A stretch of 64,000 bases of DNA, taken from the NCBI GenBank assembly GCA_903958045.1, contig CAJBRT010000083.1:7353-71352 (forward strand), written 5' to 3'. Origin of the DNA: an uncultured Bacteroidota bacterium (GTDB taxonomy: Bacteria; Bacteroidota; Bacteroidia; Chitinophagales; Chitinophagaceae). Shown one piece after another: positions 25,442-35,921 of this stretch. Under the pieces are notes generated by a model, which was not told the origin of the DNA, did not search any database, and saw only the letters and a program-made list of their open reading frames with translations. The position numbers and the translations under genes are program-made. Each line of letters begins with the position of its first letter. Positions within the stretch are counted from its first letter, which is position 1.

Positions 25442-26461
25442 TTGAACGCAAACTTCTTTTATTTGAAAAAGCTACTTTTCTTTTTGTTATTTTTTGTGCA
25501 GGTATGTATATCGGCAGCGCAAGAAAATAGGTATGCGTATACTATGCAAAAAATGGGCTCTCCATTTAATTTAGTGCTCTATGCAGCAACTAAACAGCTG
25601 GCTGATAGTGCAGCTGATCAAAGTTTTAGACTTATCGATTCTATTAATTTAAGATGTAGTGATTATGATAGCAGCGCCGAATTGTATAAACTGCAATTTG
25701 CAACAGCCGGAAAACCCATTAAGGTCTCACCTATTTTAATGGAACTTTTTTGTACTGCGCGCCAGGCTTACACCGATTCTCATGGTAGTTTTGATATTAC
25801 AGTAGGCCCACTTTCTAGGCTATGGCGAAGCGCACGTACCTCTCTAATATTTCCAACAGCCAATGCAATTAACGAGGCACGCAAATATGTTGGATTTGAA
25901 AAAATTGAAATAGATAGTAACGCCCAAACGATTACGTTTTTACAACCCAATATGCAACTTGATATGGGCGGTATTGCAAAAGGATATGCTGCTGATAAAG
26001 TACTCGCTTTATTACAATCATTTGGAATAACAAACGCCCTTGTAGATGCCGGAGGAGATATGATAACTGCTGGTACGCCAATTCAAAAAAAGGGATGGCG
26101 CGTTGGCGTAAACATCCCGGGGCAGCAGGAAGCATTGTGGAATCGTAAGCTCATCTTGACCAATAAGGCAGTAGCTACATCTGGTGATGCATTTCAATAT
26201 ATGCTACACGAGGGTAAAAAGTATGCGCATATCATTGATGCTAGAACTGGCTATGGCGTTACTTTTCAGCGGAATGTAACCGTGGTTTCGCCTACTGCTA
26301 CCACCGCAGATTGGTTGGCAACGGCATGTAGCATCTTAACACTCGATCAGGTTAAAATATTGGCAAAAAAGTACAAATCAGAAGTACTCATTACCACATT
26401 ACAAAATGGAAAGATCCAGAAAGTTAGTTTTGGAAAATTTGATAGCTATCTAGAACAATAA
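25442..26461 (+). CDS. apbE: FAD:protein FMN transferase (ApbE family), secreted/lipoprotein
   Basis: ApbE-type sequence (FDITVGPL, DMGGIAKGYAADK, ATSGDAFQY). The start is uncertain: TTG 25442, or TTG 25463 giving MKKLLFFLLFF. Confidence 0.8.
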   Translation: MNANFFYLKKLLFFLLFFVQVCISAAQENRYAYTMQKMGSPFNLVLYAATKQLADSAADQSFRLIDSINLRCSDYDSSAELYKLQFATAGKPIKVSPILMELFCTARQAYTDSHGSFDITVGPLSRLWRSARTSLIFPTANAINEARKYVGFEKIEIDSNAQTITFLQPNMQLDMGGIAKGYAADKVLALLQSFGITNALVDAGGDMITAGTPIQKKGWRVGVNIPGQQEALWNRKLILTNKAVATSGDAFQYMLHEGKKYAHIIDARTGYGVTFQRNVTVVSPTATTADWLATACSILTLDQVKILAKKYKSEVLITTLQNGKIQKVSFGKFDSYLEQ

Positions 26462-26513
26462 TTGTTGTAGCTATTATAAAAAATTCATAACTTCCTAATT
26501 CTAAAATTTAATT

Positions 26514-27470
26514 GTGGTCAAGAAATTTTTTGTAATCATATTTTGTTTCATTGCTATTGGTGCATCTGCGCAACAAACGGGTGTCAGTTTTGAAAAGTAT
26601 GAGCAAAAATTACCAGTCAGTAATTTGCGTTTTGCAATGGTGCCAATTCCTGCGGGACAATTTAAAATGGGTTCCACAATAGCATCTCCCAAAATCAATG
26701 CTGACGAAACGCCTCAAAAAGAAATTACACTAGATGCATTTTGGATGAGTTCGACAGAAGTAACCCGCGATGTATTTGATGTTTTTTTAAAAGACGAAAC
26801 GACGTCTCAAAATTCTGATGTAGATGCAATTACTAGACCTAGTCCTCAATATGTAGATTTAACCTGGGGCATGGGTAAAGAGGGTGGATTTCCTGCCAAT
26901 AGTATGTCGCAGTATGCTGCACTCATGTTTTGCAAATGGCTCTACACACAAACCGGAATTTTTTATAGGCTCCCAACAGAGGCCGAATGGGAATACGCAA
27001 GCAGGGCTGGAACAACAACTCCGTACTCTTTTGGAACAGACCCTAACCTGCTTACCAAATATGCATGGTTTCAAAAAAACAGTGCCAATAAATACCAAAA
27101 GGTAGCTCAAAAATTACCCAATGCTTGGGGACTTTACGATATGCTTGGCAATTTAATGGAGTGGACCACAGATCATTATTTGCCGGGTAGATACGCGACT
27201 ATTGAATTAAACAACCCCATGGTTGCGCCTACGCAAGGGGTGTATCCTAAGGTATTGCGTGGTGGTTCGTATTTATCGGATGCCAATACTTGCAGAAATG
27301 GCAAGCGCATTAAATCAGATCCCATTTGGAATAGACGCGATCCACAAATTCCAAAAAGTAAATGGTGGCTCACAGAAGCAACAGATGTAGGCATTAGACT
27401 GGTGCGTCCATTACAACAACCAACCCCCGAACAAGCGCAACAATTTTATACAACCTACTTAATAAAATAA
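26514..27470 (+). CDS. Secreted FGE-sulfatase/SUMF1-fold protein (not a canonical formylglycine-generating enzyme)
   Basis: 318 aa with a GTG start and a signal peptide. Has LPTEAEWEYA and GNLMEWT..RGGSY motifs, but the FGE Cys pair (GGSYMCHRSYC in human FGE) reads GGSYLSDANTC, so the first Cys is missing. Confidence 0.75.
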   Translation: MVKKFFVIIFCFIAIGASAQQTGVSFEKYEQKLPVSNLRFAMVPIPAGQFKMGSTIASPKINADETPQKEITLDAFWMSSTEVTRDVFDVFLKDETTSQNSDVDAITRPSPQYVDLTWGMGKEGGFPANSMSQYAALMFCKWLYTQTGIFYRLPTEAEWEYASRAGTTTPYSFGTDPNLLTKYAWFQKNSANKYQKVAQKLPNAWGLYDMLGNLMEWTTDHYLPGRYATIELNNPMVAPTQGVYPKVLRGGSYLSDANTCRNGKRIKSDPIWNRRDPQIPKSKWWLTEATDVGIRLVRPLQQPTPEQAQQFYTTYLIK

Positions 27471-27483
27471 AAACAACAGCCAT

Positions 27484-28809
27484 ATGTCAAATTCATCTTT
27501 TCAAGACAAACGCAGAGACTTTGTAAAACAAAGTTCGATGCTAGCAGGTGCTATTGCAGCTGCACCTATTATTTCTAAAGCAAACTTTTTTTCTGGTTCT
27601 GACGACGTTATCAAAGTAGCCGTTATTGGTTGCGGTGGACGTGGAACAGGCGCTGCCGTTCAGGCACTAATGAGCAAACAAAATGTAAAAATTGTTGCGA
27701 TGGCGGATGCATTTAGAGACCGATTGGATGAATGTTATAAAAATGTAAGTGGAGAACTTGCAAGCGCTGGCGCTGGTACAAAAGGCACACTCGATGTTCC
27801 AGAAGAAAGAAAATTTGTAGGCTTTGATGGGTATTTGAAAGCCATACCACTTGCAGATGTTGTAATACTTGCAACGCCTCCAGGTTTTAGACCCATTCAT
27901 TTTGAAGAAGCGGTAAAACAAGGTAAACATATTTTTATGGAAAAGCCGGTAGCCACAGATCCTGCTGGTGTACAAAGAGTTTTAGCAGCAGCTAAAATTG
28001 CAAAACAAAAGAAATTAAATGTGGTGGTAGGTCTTCAAAGACATTACCAAGATTCATACCGTGCGCTTTTTGCAAAAAAAGACATGATTGGAGATATTAC
28101 ATCGATGCAAGCTTGGTGGAATAACGATGGCGTATGGACAAGACCACGTAAAGCAGGTCAAACAGAAATGGAATACCAAATGCGAAACTGGTATTATTTT
28201 GTATGGCTTTGTGGCGATCATATTACAGAGCAGCATATTCACAATTTAGATGTGATCAACTGGTTTAAAAATGGGTATCCAGTTAAGGCACAAGGTTTTG
28301 GTGGACGACAAGTAAGAAAATCAAAAGAGCACGGTGAAATATTTGACCACCATTATGTCGAGTTTCATTACGCCGATGGATCTATTTTAAATTCTCAATG
28401 TAGACATATGCCAGGCACTTCAAGTAAAGTAGATGAACTGCTTGTAGGTACTAAGGGAAAAATATATTGCGATGCGGCACGTATCACAGATTTACGCGGC
28501 AAAACAATTTTTCAATTTGATAAATCAAAAGAGCGTAATCCATATCAAACCGAGCATGACGAACTTTTTGCAGCGATTGCAAAAGGTGAGTATAAATATG
28601 CCGATGCTGAAAACGGTGCCTACTCAACTATGACATCTATTTTAGGCCGAATGGCTTCGTATAGTGGACAAATTATAGATTGGGATAAAGCCATTAATTC
28701 TGGCCTTAATTTACACCCTTCGGTGTATGCATTTGATGCTGCTGCGCCTGTTAATCCGGGACCTGATGGATTCTATCCAGTGCCGGTGCCTGGTGTTACA
28801 AAATACTAA
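27484..28809 (+). CDS. Gfo/Idh/MocA-family oxidoreductase with twin-arginine (Tat) signal
   Basis: 441 aa. Tat motif KRRDFVK followed by a hydrophobic stretch, then the Rossmann motif VAVIGCGGRGTGAA and the EKP motif (FMEKPVA). Confidence 0.85.
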   Translation: MSNSSFQDKRRDFVKQSSMLAGAIAAAPIISKANFFSGSDDVIKVAVIGCGGRGTGAAVQALMSKQNVKIVAMADAFRDRLDECYKNVSGELASAGAGTKGTLDVPEERKFVGFDGYLKAIPLADVVILATPPGFRPIHFEEAVKQGKHIFMEKPVATDPAGVQRVLAAAKIAKQKKLNVVVGLQRHYQDSYRALFAKKDMIGDITSMQAWWNNDGVWTRPRKAGQTEMEYQMRNWYYFVWLCGDHITEQHIHNLDVINWFKNGYPVKAQGFGGRQVRKSKEHGEIFDHHYVEFHYADGSILNSQCRHMPGTSSKVDELLVGTKGKIYCDAARITDLRGKTIFQFDKSKERNPYQTEHDELFAAIAKGEYKYADAENGAYSTMTSILGRMASYSGQIIDWDKAINSGLNLHPSVYAFDAAAPVNPGPDGFYPVPVPGVTKY

Positions 28810-28822
28810 TGAGTAAAAATGT

Positions 28823-28863
28823 AAAGCGGCTCCCTTTTCTAGTAATTGGGAGCCGCTTTTTTA
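28823..28863. terminator. Bidirectional intrinsic terminator between convergent genes
   Basis: Perfect 12-bp stem AAAGCGGCTCCC / GGGAGCCGCTTT with a 13-nt loop. It is followed by a T-run on the plus strand and by TTTTT on the minus strand. Confidence 0.8.
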
Positions 28864-31068
28864 TTCTACAATAATTTCATCGATAAATTGAAAGCCGCTT
28901 TGAAGTTTTGAAATAAACTTAATATAGCGCGCAGCCGTTGGTTTCATTTGTACTTTAAAATCTTTAAAGAGTAAACTACTTTCTGTAGGAGATACCGTAT
29001 TGTTGTCTCTACCCTGATGGGTATAATTGATACCATCCACGGATGTTTGCACTTCTATGTATTTAGGCATATAAACACCAGGCCCAATAATTTGCATAAA
29101 ATTTGCTTGCACCAAACTTACCGTATCAATTTTTTGTAAATCAATCACCACATCCATATTGGTGATAAAGCCCTGCCACTGTCCATCTTGGTAGGTTAAA
29201 GTTCCACGGTAACCATTCACAAGTGTGCGCGCACCATCAGCCGGATAACCTTTACTATACGGTATGTTGTAAGTAACGGGCTTATTAAATGCTTTATGAA
29301 AATTAATGAGTACCGAATCCGGTGCTGATTTTTTTGCATTAATAATAGCAGCTTTAATAGTTGCTTTTGAATCAATTAAAAACGGCGTTGAATAAATAGT
29401 AGAAGCTGTGGTAGGTTCGGTTCCATTGGTGGTATAATAGATAGTAGGTTTAAACTGCTCGCTATTAAAACGAACAGTAGCAGCACGTGACGCAGTATCA
29501 ATGGTTGTGGCAATATCTACTCTATTGGAAGGTCTACAATAATTGATATTAAATGCGTGTAGTAATGTATAATGAGCAGTTAATTTTTCTTGAAACTGTG
29601 CCCAATTTTTAGCAGCCGGATTACTCCATATCACTTCACTTAATGCAATGATGCGTGGGAAAATCATGTATGCCGCATGCTCCTGCGTAGGTACATATTC
29701 GGTCCATAAGTTGGCCTGTGCACCTTTTACATATTGTTGTTTTTCTTTTTCAAGTACTGCGGGCATCGGTTCATATTCATACACTTTTTGAAGTGGTAAA
29801 AATCCACCAATGGCTTCTGGTTCGCCAGCCGGGTTTTGTTGGTATTTATCAAAATAACAAGTACCACCAGGGGTCATAATAACATCGTGGTTTTGTCTTG
29901 CTGCATCAATACCACCTTGTTCCCCTCTCCAGCTCATTACGCGGGCACCTGGGGCAAGGCCACCCTCTAATATTTCATCCCAGCCTAGTAGGTAACGACC
30001 TTTACCAGAAATAAATTTTTCCATTCTTTTGATGGCATAGCTTTGGAGTTCATCCTCATTTTTTAGGTTATTATCTCGAATGCGCTTTTGACATTTTGTA
30101 CATTTTTTCCAGTGTCCTTTTGCGGCTTCATCGCCTCCAATATGAATATATTTTGAAGGAAATAACTCCATCACCTCTGTAATGACATCCTGCATAAAAG
30201 TGAATGTCGAATCGTTACCAATACAAAATTCGCCGCTTCTACCTTTCACACTATCACAGGCTAGATTTGGATAGGCTGCTAATACTTCATCGGAGTGTCC
30301 TGGCATTTCAATTTCTGGAATAACGTTGATGGCTTTTGCTGCTGCATATGCCACAATATCTTTTGCATCATTTTGTGTGTAATAACCTCCGTATGCAAGT
30401 GGATCTCCTTCTTGTGCATACCCCATTCCATTTTTCCACCATTCTTTCCATGTTTTGTGTGTTCTAAAAGCAGCCTGCTTTGTTAAGAGTGGGTATTTTT
30501 TTATTTCAAGTCTCCAACCTGCACCATCTGTTAAGTGTAAATGCAGGTTATTGATTTTATAAATACTTAAAACATCCATTAAACTTTTGATAAAAGATAC
30601 TGGGTAAAAATTTCGAGACACGTCTAACATAAGTCCTCTGTATTCGAATCTGGGCTTGTCTTTTACCGTAACACAGGCAATACGACTAGGTGTACCAGAA
30701 GTGTACCAAAGTTGAACAATGGTTTGAGCCCCATAGAGCGCGCCAGCGTAATCTTTAGCAGAAATCGTAACGGTGCTTGCAGAAACAGTTAAAGTGTATT
30801 CGCTTTTCGCTAAATTTTTATTCTCTTTAAATACAATGCGCGTATTTCCTTTTGGAAGCGTACTAATAGAGGTGCTCGTAATTTGCTGCACATATTTTGC
30901 AATGGGCTTCCAGCTAGCAGGCGCTATAAACTGTGTGTTTTTATAAAAAGTAAAATTTCCAGTATTTACTTTCAAAAATTGCGGCTCTGGAATAATACTT
31001 ACCTGCTTTTGAGCTACTGCAATATATCCTACGAGTATTAACGAAATAGCAAATACTATTTTTTTCAT
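28861..31068 (-). CDS. Beta-N-acetylhexosaminidase (GH20) with C-terminal F5/8-type-C-like domain
   Basis: 735 aa with a signal peptide. Contains the GH20 catalytic region HLHLTDGAGWR and HIGGDEA. Confidence 0.85.
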   Translation of the reverse strand: MKKIVFAISLILVGYIAVAQKQVSIIPEPQFLKVNTGNFTFYKNTQFIAPASWKPIAKYVQQITSTSISTLPKGNTRIVFKENKNLAKSEYTLTVSASTVTISAKDYAGALYGAQTIVQLWYTSGTPSRIACVTVKDKPRFEYRGLMLDVSRNFYPVSFIKSLMDVLSIYKINNLHLHLTDGAGWRLEIKKYPLLTKQAAFRTHKTWKEWWKNGMGYAQEGDPLAYGGYYTQNDAKDIVAYAAAKAINVIPEIEMPGHSDEVLAAYPNLACDSVKGRSGEFCIGNDSTFTFMQDVITEVMELFPSKYIHIGGDEAAKGHWKKCTKCQKRIRDNNLKNEDELQSYAIKRMEKFISGKGRYLLGWDEILEGGLAPGARVMSWRGEQGGIDAARQNHDVIMTPGGTCYFDKYQQNPAGEPEAIGGFLPLQKVYEYEPMPAVLEKEKQQYVKGAQANLWTEYVPTQEHAAYMIFPRIIALSEVIWSNPAAKNWAQFQEKLTAHYTLLHAFNINYCRPSNRVDIATTIDTASRAATVRFNSEQFKPTIYYTTNGTEPTTASTIYSTPFLIDSKATIKAAIINAKKSAPDSVLINFHKAFNKPVTYNIPYSKGYPADGARTLVNGYRGTLTYQDGQWQGFITNMDVVIDLQKIDTVSLVQANFMQIIGPGVYMPKYIEVQTSVDGINYTHQGRDNNTVSPTESSLLFKDFKVQMKPTAARYIKFISKLQSGFQFIDEIIVE

Positions 31069-31074
31069 GCTTCT

Positions 31075-33504
31075 TTACTTTTTAATATAAAAATCCTTGC
31101 CTAAACTCCAGTCATTGTTAAAATAACCCACGGCTTTAATACCGTCCTCTCCTTTAATTAGCATATCAAGTGAAAAAACCATAAAGTCAGGGAAACCACT
31201 TCCGCCACTAAAATATTGATTGGCATCTGCGGCTTGCATACCTTGTACACCAGTACCACCAATGAGTGCAACGCTTGTAATACCATTGTTTTGTGCAGGA
31301 TATATAAAGTAAGCCCCTAGATCTTGACCTTCAAAAACGGTGCTCCCCATTACAATTTTTCCAGTAGTTACTTTGATCGGACAGTTGGTAAGGAGCACTG
31401 CTGCTGCGGTATTGGTTGTTTCGTTACCATATAAAATAACGCCTTGATTTTGATAAGTCGCAGCATTAAAATCTTTATCTGCAATTATACTTACAGCACC
31501 GTTGCCTCTATAGTACCAAGTTTCGGCGTCATATTTTGCTTTTTGGAGCGCCCAGTTATTTTCTGCTTCCGTGCCATGCGTAGCGTATACAAAAACCATA
31601 TTATGGTTAAATGCTTCTTTTAATCCACCATTTCTTTGGATACCCTTGTTGGTTAAAAGCGGCGATGTTCCTTTTGCCCAATTTGTATTTTTTTCTAATA
31701 CTAGCGCAGTACCATTAACAATATGTGTTAACTGACTACCGTCTAGTACAACAGTAACCGTATCACCAACAGCAAAGTCTTTGGTATCAATCGCAACAGC
31801 ATTAATATTGGTAGTGGTACCTGTAATGTTTTTTGTTTTCATATTGCGCGTAAGTTGCACGCGACTATAATCAAAACTTTTTGTTTGTTGTAACACTTGT
31901 AACCAGTGATACGTATTGGATATAGCTGTAGAAGGAAGTGTGTAATCAATCACATTTACTTTACTGCTAACAGGAATGGTATGTCTTTTGAAATAATCAA
32001 AAATAGGTGCCCAATCTACACTCTCATCACTAAACCAATGTGAACCCCCTGGGTATTCGTAGTAACTAAAATCAGGATGAAATTCGGCGAGTACTTTTTT
32101 CATTTGTCTAGCATAGTTTACCGAAACGGTTTCGTCTGCATCACCATGAAAAATATAAACACCATTCGCTTTGTAGTTATTGACCATGCCCAGTACATTG
32201 CTTGGCGTGCTTGCTCTTGTCAATATTTTTTTAACGGCTGTGCTGGTGTCGTTTGGAACCAGACCATCGTGTGAGCCATACGCAGCAAGGGTTGGATAGC
32301 CTGCCGATGGTGCAATAGCAGCCCACTTTCCAGGATAAGTAGCCCCTAAATACCAAGTGCCATGACCACCCATAGAGTGCCCAGTTAAGTATATATTTTG
32401 TGGGTTGGGTTGATATATTTTTTTAGCAATTTCAAAAACTTCTAGTGCATCGAGTCTACCCCAATCTTCCCAATTAAAACCCCTTGGTCTTCTATTGGTA
32501 GGTGCTACAATCGGTCCTTCTTGTTTTGGCTTGTAGGCTCTTGCTTGCGAAATGGCTTCTACTTCTGCACCATGTACCGATAAAAATAAACTTGGATTAT
32601 TTTTATTGTCGTTGGCTTGAGGTGCCACTGCATAGTACTGAACAGAGCCGTCTATATTACTAATAAAAGTATGAGAAGCATGTTCATTACTTTTTACTGC
32701 TGTTACTACAACGGATGTAGTGTCAATGATTTGGTTGTTGGCCATTAAAGTAAGTGAAACCCTGTAGCTTCCTTTTGTTGTATTTTTTGGAACTGGAATT
32801 TCTACGGCTACTTTTCTTGCTATTTGTGGAGCAATACTAGCAATATTGGTTTCTATTTTTTGATTTTCAACTGCTGCTGTAATACGCATGCCTGTCGAAT
32901 TATTTTTAGAACTATTGACTACAACAAGGCCTGCCCATTTTTTGGAAACATTTTCTCCTTCAATAAAAAATGGCAGTGTAGCATCTTTGGTACTTAATTG
33001 TACAGGCTTAAAAGAAAAATCTAACATGGCTTTTACAGAAGCAAACCGGCCAGCGCCTGCGGCGCGGATATAAAATTCATTGATTCCTTTTTTTAACTGA
33101 ACGGGAATATACATCCAACCATAACGGTACATATCGCCAGCATGCGGCGCCCCATTGATAAACACCATGGAGTGCCCAGTACCAATAAACACAGCTGTTC
33201 CAGCTTTTGAGGCATTGTATTGTAGATATAAATAACCATTGGCAAGTGCTTGGCTTCTAAAATTATGCGCACTGTCTGCTTTAATACTTGTCCAGTTGGT
33301 ATTTGCGCCATTTGAAACAGGTAAACCTTCCTGTGGTTTACTTTCTCCCTTATACAAACTATAAGCGAGAGCGTCGGAGTACATAGCTTCTCTACCATAT
33401 TGGTGTGTTTTTCCGGAAGCCAGTCCGCTAGTAAAGTAAAATACATCTTGCGCAAGTAAAACACTTGAACATAGCATTGCACATACGAACAATATTTTTT
33501 TCAT
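31075..33504 (-). CDS. Secreted multidomain alpha/beta-hydrolase (esterase/peptidase S9-like)
   Basis: 809 aa with a signal peptide. N-terminal beta-sandwich region, then an alpha/beta-hydrolase core with nucleophile elbow GHSMGGHG. Ends 6 nt upstream of the GH20 gene. Confidence 0.6.
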   Translation of the reverse strand: MKKILFVCAMLCSSVLLAQDVFYFTSGLASGKTHQYGREAMYSDALAYSLYKGESKPQEGLPVSNGANTNWTSIKADSAHNFRSQALANGYLYLQYNASKAGTAVFIGTGHSMVFINGAPHAGDMYRYGWMYIPVQLKKGINEFYIRAAGAGRFASVKAMLDFSFKPVQLSTKDATLPFFIEGENVSKKWAGLVVVNSSKNNSTGMRITAAVENQKIETNIASIAPQIARKVAVEIPVPKNTTKGSYRVSLTLMANNQIIDTTSVVVTAVKSNEHASHTFISNIDGSVQYYAVAPQANDNKNNPSLFLSVHGAEVEAISQARAYKPKQEGPIVAPTNRRPRGFNWEDWGRLDALEVFEIAKKIYQPNPQNIYLTGHSMGGHGTWYLGATYPGKWAAIAPSAGYPTLAAYGSHDGLVPNDTSTAVKKILTRASTPSNVLGMVNNYKANGVYIFHGDADETVSVNYARQMKKVLAEFHPDFSYYEYPGGSHWFSDESVDWAPIFDYFKRHTIPVSSKVNVIDYTLPSTAISNTYHWLQVLQQTKSFDYSRVQLTRNMKTKNITGTTTNINAVAIDTKDFAVGDTVTVVLDGSQLTHIVNGTALVLEKNTNWAKGTSPLLTNKGIQRNGGLKEAFNHNMVFVYATHGTEAENNWALQKAKYDAETWYYRGNGAVSIIADKDFNAATYQNQGVILYGNETTNTAAAVLLTNCPIKVTTGKIVMGSTVFEGQDLGAYFIYPAQNNGITSVALIGGTGVQGMQAADANQYFSGGSGFPDFMVFSLDMLIKGEDGIKAVGYFNNDWSLGKDFYIKK

Positions 33505-33642
33505 GAATTTTTATTTGCAGTTAATTTACGCCACTATTAAGTGAGCTCATTAATTATTTTTTAACCGGTTCAAATAGACTTAAAAAAGGTTAGAATTGAG
33601 TTATTGAAATAATTTAAATTTAGGGTATCTAAAATCATAACC

Positions 33643-35874
33643 ATGCAGTTATTCGTTCGTACTACATTTTCATTTTTATTCGTGCTTTTGCTTTCTTTGA
33701 ATAGCAGTCAAGTAAATGCCCAAAAAGCCACCAATATTAGTTTTAAGATGGTGCAACAGGGGAGTTCAAAAGCGGTTATTCAAATAGCTGAAAATGCAGA
33801 TAGCGACGAGCGTTTAGCTGCTAATGAGCTTAGTGATTATGTTTTTAAAATAACAGGTGCACGAATACCAGTTGTGTCAAAAAAAAGCACTTCAAATCCG
33901 GTGATTTATATTGGCCGTGCTTGTCCAAATTACGCGGCACTTATTAAAAAAGAATATGCCATTACGAGTACTCATAATACGCTACAAATAACAGGCGCAA
34001 CACCCTATCAAACACTTGAAACGGTGTACGTTTTATTGGAAGAATTTTTAGGCTGTCAATTTTTATCGCCAACAGTCGAAAAAATTCCATCTACAAAAAA
34101 TATAGTTGTTGCCCCAGATTATCATTATACGCCAGCAGTATTAACTAGAACCGTTCATTCAAAATTATTTTATGACAATCCGTCTTTTGCTGCAAAAAGA
34201 AGAGTAACCACCGAAGGGTTTCCAAAATTTGTACCGGAAGCGCGTGTGCATACCTTCAATAAGTTTTTGCCAGAAAAAAACTTTTTTGAAACCCATCCTA
34301 CTTTTTATGCGCTCGTAAAAAATAAAAGACAGCCCACACAACTTTGTTTATCCAACGATACCGTGTATCAAATAATCAAAGATTCTGTGGCTGCATTTTT
34401 TAATCGAAGACCAACGGCTTCTGTTTTATCAGTGAGCCAAGATGACAATACACAATACTGTACTTGTGATAAATGTGCGGCCATCGATGCTTACGAGGGT
34501 TCTCCTTCTGGAACTATGATAACCCTTGTAAACCGCATTGCCAAAGACTTTCCAAAGAAAACAATTGCAACATTAGCGTATCAGTACACCAGAAAAGCGC
34601 CACTACATATCAAGCCAGAAAAAAATGTTTTAGTAACGCTTTGTTCTATTGAGTGTGATAGAAGTGGTCCTATTGCAGACAAGTGCAAAGATTTTGAATC
34701 AGATTTAAAAGCATGGGGTGCTATTGGTGCCACCATTCAAATTTGGGATTACACCACGCAGTTCACCAATTTTTTAGCACCTTTTCCAAATTTAGAAACG
34801 CTTCAACCTAATATTAATTTATTTGTAGACAACAATGCCAATTGGATTTTTGAACAGCATAGTCATAATCCTTCCGAATTTTTTGAACTCCGTAGTTGGT
34901 TACTTTCAAAATTTTTATGGAACCCAAAATTGAATTATGCAAATTTACTTCAATCGTTTGCAAACAATTATTACGGAGTAGCAGCTCCTTTTATTGTTAC
35001 CTATTTAAATGATTTACATGCTGCGATAAAAGAGACGCCTAAATTTTATTTGTTCTTATATGGAGATCCTGCACAGGGTTTTGAAACCTGGTTGAGTGAA
35101 CAAAAATTAAAGCAGTATAATGCACTATTTGATACTGCTACAAATGTTACAGCGGGTAATGCGGTATTACAAGCGCGCGTAAATGAAGCGCGCATTGGAC
35201 TTGATTTTGCAACACTCGAATTTTACCGCTTAAATAGATCCTCTTTTCCATTATCTGACGTTACAGCAATTCAAAAAAGAGTGAACCGTTTTACAAATGC
35301 AACAGGCGCACAGGGCATTAAAATCATCAATGAAATGGGTTTACCCTTAACCGATTATTTACAAGGGTATCAAAAATTAATAGCTAGTGCCAAAGAGGTA
35401 AATAAGGCCAAAAATAGTAAGGTAAGCCTTGCCATAAAGCCGGTTAAATATGCCAAAGAAGACCCGCAAGCCCTTACCGATGGAGCTTTTGGTGGTTGGA
35501 GCTTTTATGCCAATTGGCTGGGATTTTTGGATGATATGAAAGCTACCATTGATCTAGGTGCGGTTACGAGTTTCTCCGAGGTTTCCGTGTCTTTTTTGCA
35601 GGTGACCAATCATGTGGTATTTTTTCCAACATCTGTTACATTTGAAGCTTCCGAAGACGGTATTAACTATATGCCGATACAAACAGTCGACAATGTATTT
35701 CCGTTAGCAAAAACAAGCAAAGTCAATGATATACAAGTTTTTGCCACCCGTTCAAAAAGCCAAAAAGCTAGGTTTATTAGGGTTACTGGAAAAAATATGA
35801 AGTCACCACCTTATTGGCATCATGCAGCAGGAACGGGTGCTTGGATTTTTGCAGATGAGATTGTGGTGAAGTAA
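33643..35874 (+). CDS. Secreted DUF4838-like glycan-active protein with C-terminal discoidin (F5/8 type C)-like domain
   Basis: 743 aa with a signal peptide. The N-terminal GH20b/GH67N-like segment (AVIQIAENADSDERLAANELSDYVFKITG) and overall layout resemble DUF4838-family proteins. The assignment is from memory. Confidence 0.5.
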   Translation: MQLFVRTTFSFLFVLLLSLNSSQVNAQKATNISFKMVQQGSSKAVIQIAENADSDERLAANELSDYVFKITGARIPVVSKKSTSNPVIYIGRACPNYAALIKKEYAITSTHNTLQITGATPYQTLETVYVLLEEFLGCQFLSPTVEKIPSTKNIVVAPDYHYTPAVLTRTVHSKLFYDNPSFAAKRRVTTEGFPKFVPEARVHTFNKFLPEKNFFETHPTFYALVKNKRQPTQLCLSNDTVYQIIKDSVAAFFNRRPTASVLSVSQDDNTQYCTCDKCAAIDAYEGSPSGTMITLVNRIAKDFPKKTIATLAYQYTRKAPLHIKPEKNVLVTLCSIECDRSGPIADKCKDFESDLKAWGAIGATIQIWDYTTQFTNFLAPFPNLETLQPNINLFVDNNANWIFEQHSHNPSEFFELRSWLLSKFLWNPKLNYANLLQSFANNYYGVAAPFIVTYLNDLHAAIKETPKFYLFLYGDPAQGFETWLSEQKLKQYNALFDTATNVTAGNAVLQARVNEARIGLDFATLEFYRLNRSSFPLSDVTAIQKRVNRFTNATGAQGIKIINEMGLPLTDYLQGYQKLIASAKEVNKAKNSKVSLAIKPVKYAKEDPQALTDGAFGGWSFYANWLGFLDDMKATIDLGAVTSFSEVSVSFLQVTNHVVFFPTSVTFEASEDGINYMPIQTVDNVFPLAKTSKVNDIQVFATRSKSQKARFIRVTGKNMKSPPYWHHAAGTGAWIFADEIVVK

Positions 35875-35921
35875 GCGATTATGCAGGAATATTTATAACT
35901 TGAAGGCTTAAATTTATTTCT

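Noticed and set aside
33542-33575. TGAGCTCA palindrome and a T-loop-like GGTTCAAAT in the divergent 33.5-kb intergenic region.
   Set aside because: No acceptor, anticodon or D arms can be drawn around the GGTTCAAAT, so it is not a tRNA. The 8-bp palindrome is short and its flanks are asymmetric.
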